Positions 50,933 through 58,821 of a stretch of DNA of 64,000 nucleotides are shown in pieces. The number at the start of each line of letters is the position of its first letter. Within the stretch, counting starts at the first letter, position 1. A program made the position numbers and the translations under genes. The notes below the pieces were generated by a model. The model made no database searches. It was not told where the DNA came from and saw only the letters and a program-made list of their open reading frames with translations. The stretch is from an uncultured bacterium (GTDB lineage: Bacteria; Babelota; Babeliae; Babelales; Babelaceae): positions 32,001 through 96,000 of the forward strand of contig CAWKFG010000005.1 in assembly GCA_963848965.1 (NCBI GenBank), in the 5' to 3' direction.

Positions 50933-51220
50933 TCAAATAATTGCGATCACTGTTATAACACCTTTGCCGGGTCCATAGTGCCAAAGTATTCTATAGGCAT
51001 TTGGGGTATTATTTTGTACATAGGCCCCAAAAACTTTTTCTCCATTTTTTCCAGAGAAACCTTCATACTCATGGGTATTAAGTGAAGGATGGCGTAAATT
51101 TGTTTCCATGAGATCTAGTGTTTTATCTATCAGTTTTAGAAGATTAACTTTTGATTTATCATCTTGGATTGCATCATAATCTTCTTCAGCTATTTCGCCA
51201 AATTCAATCCTGAACTTCAT
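50933..51220 (-). CDS. RelE/ParE-like type II toxin (possibly decaying)
   Basis: 95 aa; LRHPSLNTHEY, AYVQNNTPNAYRILWHYGP; overlaps the upstream small acidic gene. Confidence 0.65.
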   Translation of the reverse strand: MKFRIEFGEIAEEDYDAIQDDKSKVNLLKLIDKTLDLMETNLRHPSLNTHEYEGFSGKNGEKVFGAYVQNNTPNAYRILWHYGPGKGVITVIAII

Positions 51221-51476
51221 ATTTGCGCTTTATTTCATCCCAACTTTTTGTTTTACCTTGTCCTACTTGTTGCAAAGATGCTTTAATTCTATCAACAAGT
51301 TCTTTATTTTTGGGATCATAAATCCAAAGTTCTTCTTCAGGAATTTCCTTTATAGTCATATTCTCTATAATAATTTGGGATAATGATTTGCCTTGTATAG
51401 TGGAGTATATCTTCAGTGTCTTATGCATTCCTGGTGTAACATCTAAAGATATACGAATTGTTTTTTCATCTTCCAT
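51204..51476 (-). CDS. Putative antitoxin (RHH-like N-terminus)
   Basis: GAGGAGG RBS; IRISLDVTPGMHKTLK...SLSQII; IPEEELWIY; GKTKSWDEIK; overlaps the toxin start. Confidence 0.65.
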   Translation of the reverse strand: MEDEKTIRISLDVTPGMHKTLKIYSTIQGKSLSQIIIENMTIKEIPEEELWIYDPKNKELVDRIKASLQQVGQGKTKSWDEIKRKYEVQD

Positions 51477-51603
51477 GTTTTCGTCCTCCTCTAATCTAGA
51501 GCGTACCCTATTTACTTAAAAAAGTAAATAGTTCCTGCCATGTCTGGAATGAATTGTTATATTTTTGTATATTTTAATATACATTAATAGGCTCTTATTT
51601 TAT

Positions 51604-51827
51604 TTATCTACAGAGTAAAGATTTGGCTAGAAGAGACGCTATATTTTGGCATATTTGAGCAACTGCTGTTCTCTCTTTTATGGCTTTTAATGCCACTTTG
51701 CTTTTGAATGAACTGCCGTAGCTTTATATATTCTTGCCATAGATTTCCTCTCTCAATGACACTGGCTTTAATATCATTATACTTCTTTTCTCCAATTTCA
51801 CGTATCTAGTTTCTAGGGGTCATTATA
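51604..51827 (-). pseudogene. IS3-family remnant: left end plus frameshifted orfA
   Basis: Minus strand TATAATGACCCCTAGAAACTAGATAC resembles an IS3 IRL; GAGG RBS with ATG at 51740; after a frameshift reads YGSSFKSKVALKAIKERTAVAQICQ (HTH_Tnp_1-like). Confidence 0.7.
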
Positions 51828-52070
51828 AACTAGCAAAACTTGTCTATGCAACAACACAAGTTAGAAAAAAGCTGATTCAGAGACTGTTAGCGAATCAGCT
51901 TTCCATGATCTTTAAGGCATCTTTATGAGGAGCTCCCATCTATGTGCTTTAAATAAGAAGAAAATGAAATTAACATTATTTATGAGTATTCTGAAGGGAA
52001 TTGACTTAAAGAATAGTTAATTTATTATAGATAGCTGTATGATTAGCTTAAATTTTTAAGGAAGATTCAA

Positions 52071-53315
52071 ATGAAAATTTTTAAATACATGCTTTTACTA
52101 AGTGCCATTGTACTACCATCTCTCGTCTTTTCTATGGAGCATGATATGATTTTAAAGCCTGTATTGAAAGAAACCTATGAAAGGCTTCAGCAAATTGCAA
52201 AACGTGCTCGTTGGGTTGCTCTTGGAGATATGGAAAGTGAAATAGGAATAAAAAATGCTTTTATAGAAGCAACACAGCTCCTTTTGCATCCAGATGTTCA
52301 AGCACATAAACAGGTAGTGCAAACGTTAAGAGAAGTACGAAAAGAACTATTTAGAGAATTAAAGGAAATATACGGTAATCCACAAGCAGTACTGAAAGAC
52401 CTTGGTAGCAATGCTTATGACTTAGGTGACACTCAATTAGAAAAAATTCAAGATCTTCCATCACATTTAATAGAACCTCCTCTAAAGCATGAGGATACCA
52501 TTCTTAGATCAGAGAATCTAAGCAAGGAAACTGGAGATGTAGGATTCAAAATATTGGATGAGCGGACTCAAAAAATATTGGCTTTCTTAAAGGAATATGA
52601 TGGATTAAATAGGAAGCTTAGTCAAGATACACAAGAACTTAAAAGAGAGCTTGTTGAACTCAGAGCAGATATAGGACGACTTACCTTTTTACTTGCTACC
52701 AAAGAAAACCAATTACAAGAAAAGCATCAAGAGTGGTTAAAGATACAGCAGCAATGGCAGGTACGAGAACAATACTTGCAAGAAAGCTCTACAACAGCCA
52801 TTTCAAACCTTCAAAAAATGCAAATACAAGTCTATGAAAAAGCAGTACTAAAAAACCAATTACAAAGTTATTGTTCAGAAGTGTTTCCTCAGCTGAATGA
52901 CCTTAAAGCACAGCTGGATTGCTGTAAAGTCCTTTGGACGATAAACGGTTATATGTCAGCCGGTAGGATTGAAACATGGATGGCTACAAAAGAAAAAATT
53001 TCTAAATTGATTCCTATAGTAGAGCAATTCCAGAAAGCTCTTATAAAACAAAAAGAACTTGTGAAACCACTACTTCACGAAGGACAAATATGGGTAGTTG
53101 ATGCAATAATAGTCCGTTTTCAAAAGCTAAACGAAGCTCTAACAAAGATAGATAGTATGATATTTTATGATACAAAATCAAAAGATGTTCATTGTGATCC
53201 GCATGGGTTCGACTTTGATGTGAAAAAACTACAGTTGTTCGAGCAAATAACAGACTGGCCAAAAAAGTTCTCATTTAAAGCACATAGATGGGAGTTCCTC
53301 ATAAAGACGTCTTAA
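52071..53315 (+). CDS. Hypothetical secreted coiled-coil protein
   Basis: AAGGAAG RBS, signal peptide ending VFS-MEH, long heptad-rich region; last ~15 codons lie inside the right inverted repeat. Confidence 0.75.
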   Translation: MKIFKYMLLLSAIVLPSLVFSMEHDMILKPVLKETYERLQQIAKRARWVALGDMESEIGIKNAFIEATQLLLHPDVQAHKQVVQTLREVRKELFRELKEIYGNPQAVLKDLGSNAYDLGDTQLEKIQDLPSHLIEPPLKHEDTILRSENLSKETGDVGFKILDERTQKILAFLKEYDGLNRKLSQDTQELKRELVELRADIGRLTFLLATKENQLQEKHQEWLKIQQQWQVREQYLQESSTTAISNLQKMQIQVYEKAVLKNQLQSYCSEVFPQLNDLKAQLDCCKVLWTINGYMSAGRIETWMATKEKISKLIPIVEQFQKALIKQKELVKPLLHEGQIWVVDAIIVRFQKLNEALTKIDSMIFYDTKSKDVHCDPHGFDFDVKKLQLFEQITDWPKKFSFKAHRWEFLIKTS

Positions 53316-53324
53316 AGATCATGG

Positions 53325-53362
53325 AAAGCTGATTCGCGAACGGTCTCTGAATCAGCTTTTTT
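53325..53362 (+). terminator. Intrinsic terminator inside the inverted repeat (mirror copy near 51875-51902)
   Basis: AAAGCTGATTC/GAATCAGCTTT stem plus T run. Confidence 0.75.
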
Positions 53363-53445
53363 CTAACTTGTGTTGCATAGATAAGTTTTGCTAGAGTTTT
53401 GATTGTAAGATTTGACTTGTTGGACTAGAATTTTTACTGAAAAAC

Positions 53446-53587
53446 CAAGAAAGCCCCAAACTAAAGTATTGTGGATGAATTGATAAAAAACAGTGTTCAA
53501 GGGACGCACTGAACTCTCTACAGAGCTGCCCTACAATGCTGCCAACGCTCGAACCGCAGGGCTTCAGCCCAGCGTTATTCAGTTAAG
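53446..53587. mobile_element. Possible non-autonomous IS200/IS605-family remnant
   Basis: CAAGAAAGCCCCAAACTAAAGTATTGTGGATGAATTG and GAACCGCAGGGCTTCAGCCCAGCGTTATTCAGTTAAG resemble IS200/IS605 subterminal hairpin ends as recalled; GC-richer than the flanks. Confidence 0.45.
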
Positions 53588-53668
53588 AAGGTTCTTCTTA
53601 TTGATACCGATGCACAAGGCCATAGCTAGAGAGTTTAGGTATTGTATCCTCTCTGATACGTAAAAGAG

Positions 53669-55171
53669 TTACGATAAATACTTTTTAAGAAGCTCGTTAA
53701 TAAGTTGAGGATTGCCTTTACCCTTAGTTTTTTGCATAGCTTGACCTACAAAGAATCCAAAGAGCTTTTCTTGGCCTGCTTTATATGCAGCTACTTGTTG
53801 TGGGTTCTCTGCTACTATGTGCTGTATAAGAGCCTCCAACTCTTGTATGTTACCCATCTGTTCAAGTCCTCTTTCTTTTACAATACCATGAGGTTCTTGA
53901 CCTGTTTGAGCCATAAGAGCAAATACTTCTTGGGCAGCTCTGTTGTTAATAGTTCCTTTGTCAAGTAAGTCAACAAGCTGAGCAAGGTGTTTTGGCGAAA
54001 TCTTTGATTCATGAACTGCTATCTTCTCATCTTTGAGAAGCTTCATAAAGTCCCGCAAAATCCAATTAATAAGCTGCTTGCTTTGAGTAAGCTGTGCAGC
54101 CTGCTCATAAAAATCTCCAACTTCTCGTTCATTTATAAGAATATCAGCTTCATAAGAAGAGAGTCCCTTTTGTATAAAACGTTCAAATCGTTCATGAGGA
54201 AGTTCAGGAAGATTATTTTTAACATTTTGAAACATTTCTGAAGTTATTTCTATAAGAGGAAGATCGGGATCAGTAAAATAACGATAATCGGCAGCTTCTT
54301 CTTTAGAACGCATGACTTCTGTTTTTCCTTCTTTAACATTCCAGAGGCGAGTTTCTTGTTTTACCGTTCCTCCGGCTTGTAAGGTAGTAATTTGTCGTTC
54401 TATCTCGTATTCTATAGCATCAGAAATGAATTTAAATGAATTGATGTTTTTAAGTTCGCATTTAGTTCCGAGCTTTGTTTCACCCTTTTTGCGTACTGAG
54501 ATATTTGTATCTGCTCTAAATGCACCCTCTTCCATATTTCCTGAACAAATACCAAGATACTGTACTATTAAGCGAAGTGTTTTAAGGTATTCACGTGCTT
54601 CATAAGCATTTGCTATATCAGGCAAACTGACTATTTCTAACAGGGGAGTTCCTGCTCTGTTAAGGTCTACATAGCTTTCATTGCTATAATTTGAATGGAT
54701 ATTTTTTCCTGCATCTTCTTCCATATGAATACGAATAAGGTTTATTTTTTTGGTACTGCCATCTTCTAAACGAATAGGCACAAAACCGTTGCTACAAATA
54801 GGATTATCACTTTGAGTAATTTGGTAGTTTTTAGGAAGATCTGGATAAAAATAATGTTTTCGAGCAAATGTGCTGATTGGTGTTATAGTTGAGTGGGTTG
54901 CAAGTCCTGCTTTAATAGCACATGTAATTACTTCTTTATTAAGTACCGGTAATACTCCAGGATGTCCTGTACAAATAGGACAAATATTGACATTAGGAGT
55001 ATGTTCTATACTATTGGCACATGTACAGAAGATTTTGCTTTTCGTGGTTAACTGTACATGGACCTCAATGCCAATAGTGGCTTCATATTCTGGGTAGCGA
55101 GAAAGAACGGATACTTCACTTTTCACGAGCGTTTCCTTCTTAATAATTTGATTTCTTTTATACAATACCAT
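53669..55171 (-). CDS. gatB: Asp-tRNA(Asn)/Glu-tRNA(Gln) amidotransferase subunit B (true start probably a few codons downstream)
   Basis: IGIEVHVQL, FARKHYFYPDLPKNYQITQ, HMEEDAGK, DLNRAGTPLLEIVS, MRSKEEAADYRYF. Confidence 0.97.
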   Translation of the reverse strand: MVLYKRNQIIKKETLVKSEVSVLSRYPEYEATIGIEVHVQLTTKSKIFCTCANSIEHTPNVNICPICTGHPGVLPVLNKEVITCAIKAGLATHSTITPISTFARKHYFYPDLPKNYQITQSDNPICSNGFVPIRLEDGSTKKINLIRIHMEEDAGKNIHSNYSNESYVDLNRAGTPLLEIVSLPDIANAYEAREYLKTLRLIVQYLGICSGNMEEGAFRADTNISVRKKGETKLGTKCELKNINSFKFISDAIEYEIERQITTLQAGGTVKQETRLWNVKEGKTEVMRSKEEAADYRYFTDPDLPLIEITSEMFQNVKNNLPELPHERFERFIQKGLSSYEADILINEREVGDFYEQAAQLTQSKQLINWILRDFMKLLKDEKIAVHESKISPKHLAQLVDLLDKGTINNRAAQEVFALMAQTGQEPHGIVKERGLEQMGNIQELEALIQHIVAENPQQVAAYKAGQEKLFGFFVGQAMQKTKGKGNPQLINELLKKYLS

Positions 55172-55283
55172 AAAAATCGTAAAACGTATACGGACAGACT
55201 CTTGAAATTTAAAGCACCAGTATTCTATTCTAGTACATATATATTTAAAAATTAGGAAAATAGTATTTAATAAGGAGCATCCT

Positions 55284-55523
55284 ATGAAAAGAGAAAGAAA
55301 TTTAAGCCCAGTGCAATTTTTTTTGGGCTTGGGTATGTTAACCTTTCTATCGTTCCCTTTTTTACAGGCAGCCTGTTGTGGTGATCAACAGCGAAAAGAT
55401 AGTGGTTGCCCTCATATCAACTGTAATTGGGAGCGTACTGATCGTAAATGTAATAATGATAGTGACTGTTGTCCTGGTAAAGAGTGTAGCGCATTTGGTT
55501 TCTGCGAATTGTGTAGAAGATAA
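55284..55523 (+). CDS. Small secreted cysteine-rich protein (10 Cys)
   Basis: AAGGAG RBS; signal peptide; CC...C...C...CNNDSDCCPGKECSAFGFCELC. Confidence 0.8.
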   Translation: MKRERNLSPVQFFLGLGMLTFLSFPFLQAACCGDQQRKDSGCPHINCNWERTDRKCNNDSDCCPGKECSAFGFCELCRR

Positions 55524-55708
55524 ATTTTAAGACATACATTTTAAATGCCTTTAAGTCTTGCTTAAGGGCTCTTTTTTTATTTAATTTTTGCTTTTCTGTT
55601 GAAGGTTTTCTACGTACTTTACATTATTTTTAATTCGTGATAGATAAAGAGGGTAATTTACTACAGTTCTTGATATTCATTATTAACCTTTCTTAAGAAG
55701 GAGCCTTT

Positions 55709-56395
55709 ATGAAAACTACTTTTAAGCATATGTTTTTGTCTTTGTTTTTGCTTATGCCATGGATGATGTGTGCTGAAACAGAAGTACGAGGAGATCAAGT
55801 TACCGCTGTTGAAGAATCTGACATAGTTGATTTCTTAAGTGCGGATGAACTTGATATAGTTCTTAGAAACCACAAAACTACTTATGCATATATGCCAGAA
55901 GAAGTAGTAACAAGCCTCCGTTCAGTCTCTAAAGATTCTCAATTATTGCAAGCATTATCAGAGTTATTAGAGCATATATCAACCCCTACTTCTCATATTG
56001 CTCCGTATGATGTAGCAACAGAAGCTCTTGATGCAGCAGTTAAGCTTGAGTTACCAGCAGATGTAAAATCAGTTTTAGAGGGGTATAAGGCTTCTTTAGA
56101 TTCGGGTGATGCAGCTATTTTGCTTGCACAAGATCGTAGCAGAAGACAAAAAATTGTATGCAGTCTTATTGTAAAGCAGTGCTTTAAAGCTAGTAGCATT
56201 TCAGTTTCTGGTAATGCTGCATTTGGGGCAAATGTTTCTATTAACGGAGAGCTTGATGCAGGTGTAATAAGATCAACAGGAACTGCAACAGTAAATGGAG
56301 ACTTAACAGTTACTGGTGTTATACGCGGAGAACTAGCGCCTGAAGTACTGCAACAAATCATTAAAGCTTTAAACAATAATGTTACAATTAACTAA
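55709..56395 (+). CDS. Secreted protein sharing its N-terminal domain with the fibre protein at 61217-63982
   Basis: AAGGAG RBS; LSADELDIVL / YKASLDSGDA / VCSLIVKQC match LSSEELSAII / YKKQLTSQEA / ACNLLVKNC; short V.G.L repeat stalk. Confidence 0.75.
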   Translation: MKTTFKHMFLSLFLLMPWMMCAETEVRGDQVTAVEESDIVDFLSADELDIVLRNHKTTYAYMPEEVVTSLRSVSKDSQLLQALSELLEHISTPTSHIAPYDVATEALDAAVKLELPADVKSVLEGYKASLDSGDAAILLAQDRSRRQKIVCSLIVKQCFKASSISVSGNAAFGANVSINGELDAGVIRSTGTATVNGDLTVTGVIRGELAPEVLQQIIKALNNNVTIN

Positions 56396-56450
56396 TAGTA
56401 CGTCTACACCCGTTGAGTAAAACAGGTGTATGATACCTATAAAGTTCTTT

Positions 56451-56482
56451 AGAAAAGGCTCCTATTGATAGGAGCTTTTTCT
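56451..56482 (+). terminator. Intrinsic terminator
   Basis: AGAAAAGGCTCCTAT/ATAGGAGCTTTTTCT. Confidence 0.75.
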
Positions 56483-57656
56483 ACTTTTTAGGCCTTTAAC
56501 GGTATTTCAATTAATACCACTTATGGGGTCAATAGTTCTGTTTGTTACATGAGCATAATAACTGCTTAAGACATAGTATCTGCTTTTTTACAATATGAGC
56601 ATAAAAGCTCTCTATACTGGTAATGATTCTCTAGAGGTATAGGGCGTTTATGTAGGTAATAGCATATGTTGAGGATATTATCATAAGAGTAGGAAATGTT
56701 GTTTATTACCACGTTTACTCTGATGGCATACAAGATGTTTATGTCGTTTATAGGTAAAAATGATGTTATAGAGGTTATGTGCATAAAGTATGTATATACC
56801 TGTTTCTCTCGTTTTTTACTCCGATTAAAGGTTTTATGGTTATACTGTTAATAGATATAAATAGGGCTTGTTTAAGAGATTATCTGAATTGCTGTTTATC
56901 CTGTTTACCTCTGTATTTTTGCTCTTACGAGTATTTGTGATTATGCTGTTTAGAGCAGAATTAGTGTTCTTTTATGCTGTTATCATAAAAACTGCTTACC
57001 GCTCTTTTGCTTCCTTTTACCTCTGATTATTACATAACATACGTTTATGAATAGGTAAAAAATAAAGAGTATAAACAGCATTTATGTCATAGATGATTAT
57101 AAGGTAAACGACTTCTTTTACTATGTTAACTTCCTTTACAGTAAAAGCAGATAGGTACTCAACAGTCTTTATTACAGACGTTGTAATAAAAGAGATAAAT
57201 GTTTGTAACCCGTGAGATACCCTTCTTTTATGCTGTTAACACTCTCGTGGTAAATACTGTTTATCAGAGAGATTAAGGAGGTTAACAACGTTTATGTTTA
57301 TACCTTTAATAGGTATATACCCCTTACAAGCGGGTATAGCGTCCTTTGTCATAAAATGCTCTATCATTGCTTTTGAGGCTCTAACAGTATAGGTATACCT
57401 ATGCACATAAGGCCTTTATAATGCTTATTTATGCTGTTTGTGCATATGACGTTAAGTATTCATTTAAAGACTTTTTAAGGTATTTAAGTAAATACTAAAA
57501 ACGTATACGTTTTGTGGTATTGGCGTTATATATGATAAAAGCTTCATTGGGTATATACCTCCTTATTAAAGATATTTCATAAAATATTGTTTATGCCAGT
57601 TTGGGTGTGATATGTTCTCATGCAAGTAATGTATGTATTGAAGAAAAAGGAGTTAT

Positions 57657-58460
57657 ATGAGAAAGATTGCTATTATTAATCAAAAAGGTGGTAGTGGAAA
57701 AACGACTACGACAGTTAACTTAGCTTCTGCGTTAGCAGAGAAAAATAAAAAAGTACTTATTATAGACATAGATCCTCAGGCATCTACATCAATGTGGTTT
57801 GGTTGTACAACGCTCGAAAAAGGACTTATGCGAGTGTTTGTAGATGGTATAGCGCTTCCTTCTGTAGTAATGTCAACACAGGTTGAAAAAATAAGTATTA
57901 TTCCCTCTTCATCATGGTTAATCGGACTTGAAAAAGCACTTGCTAATGAAGTAGGAGCAGAAACAATCTTAAAACAACGCATGCAGGCGTTATCTCAAGA
58001 CTCCTATGACTATGTTCTTATTGATTGTCCTCCTACATTAGGAATATTAACTATTAATGCTTTGACTGCATGCAGTGAAGTAATAGTTCCTGTTGAAGCG
58101 CGTATTATGGCAGTTAATGGCTTGGTACAGCTTTTACAAACAATAGATATTGTAAAAAATCGACTTAATAGTGCACTGAAGATTGCAGGTATACTCTTAT
58201 GCCGAGTGGACATTCGTACACGACATTCAAAAGAGGTTATGGATGAGCTGCGTAATAAATTCAGTTCACTTGTCTATGCAGCACATATTCGTGAAAATAT
58301 ACGTCTATCTGAAGCACCATCATTTGCGCAACCAATACTTCAATATGATCCTGAAAGTAATGGGGCAAAAGACTATAGAGCACTGGCTCAAGAAGTAATA
58401 GAGCAAGAGCGGCTCTCTTCATTTACCAGTACACAAAAAAGTGCGCAACTCTCCCTTTAA
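57657..58460 (+). CDS. parA: ParA/Soj family ATPase
   Basis: NQKGGSGKTTT, IDIDPQAS, LIDCPPTLG, IRENIRLSEAPS. Confidence 0.92.
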   Translation: MRKIAIINQKGGSGKTTTTVNLASALAEKNKKVLIIDIDPQASTSMWFGCTTLEKGLMRVFVDGIALPSVVMSTQVEKISIIPSSSWLIGLEKALANEVGAETILKQRMQALSQDSYDYVLIDCPPTLGILTINALTACSEVIVPVEARIMAVNGLVQLLQTIDIVKNRLNSALKIAGILLCRVDIRTRHSKEVMDELRNKFSSLVYAAHIRENIRLSEAPSFAQPILQYDPESNGAKDYRALAQEVIEQERLSSFTSTQKSAQLSL

Positions 58461-58476
58461 TAATTAAGGATATACT

Positions 58477-58800
58477 ATGAAAGCAACAATAAAGCAAAAG
58501 ACTATTGGATTTAATCCTTTAGAAGATTATCTTTCTTTAGGTAAAGAAACTCAAGAACCAGTATATGTGCCAGAGCAGGAGATACAGCAGACTGTAAAAA
58601 AGCAACGAGTTACTATCCACATACCAGAAGATCTTATAGATAGAGTGAAAAATGCTGTCTATTGGGAGCCAGGACTAACATTAGCAGGATTTGCAGAGAT
58701 GGCACTTGCAAAAGCTCTGGAAGATTTAGAGCTTGAGCGTGGTGCTCCCTTTCCAAATAGGAGAGATCGGCAGCTCAGAGGTGGCAGACCTATAAAATAG
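58477..58800 (+). CDS. Small ParA partner, ribbon-helix-helix-like DNA-binding protein
   Basis: Directly downstream of parA; KQRVTIHIPEDLIDRVKNAVYW has a strand-helix-helix pattern. Confidence 0.65.
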   Translation: MKATIKQKTIGFNPLEDYLSLGKETQEPVYVPEQEIQQTVKKQRVTIHIPEDLIDRVKNAVYWEPGLTLAGFAEMALAKALEDLELERGAPFPNRRDRQLRGGRPIK

Positions 58801-58821
58801 AAGGTGAGGTTGCCCTCACCC

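Larger units (their letters stand above)
48626..51552 (+). repeat. Three dispersed exact copies of CATGTCTGGAATGA
   Basis: At 48626-48639, 50556-50569 and 51539-51552, all intergenic and in the same orientation. Confidence 0.8.
51830..53394. repeat. Long imperfect inverted repeats (51830-51959 and 53268-53394) flanking one gene
   Basis: CTAGCAAAACTT...GAATCAGCTTTCCATGATCTTTAAG...CCCATCTATGTGCTTTAAAT is the reverse complement of 53268-53394 with a few mismatches and a 3-bp indel. Confidence 0.92.
50815..53668. mobile_element. Decayed genomic island integrated in the gatB 3' end (no integrase visible)
   Basis: Bounded by the gatB 3' duplication; contains a TA pair, IS remnants and an inverted-repeat-flanked gene. 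Confidence 0.75.

Noticed and set aside
50743..50940. 65-aa plus-strand ORF similar to ORF 53705-53968
   Set aside because: Both are antisense translations of the duplicated gatB end.
56566..56784. 72-aa minus-strand ORF upstream of parA
   Set aside because: No clear RBS; composition reflects AT-rich repeats; no recognisable motif.
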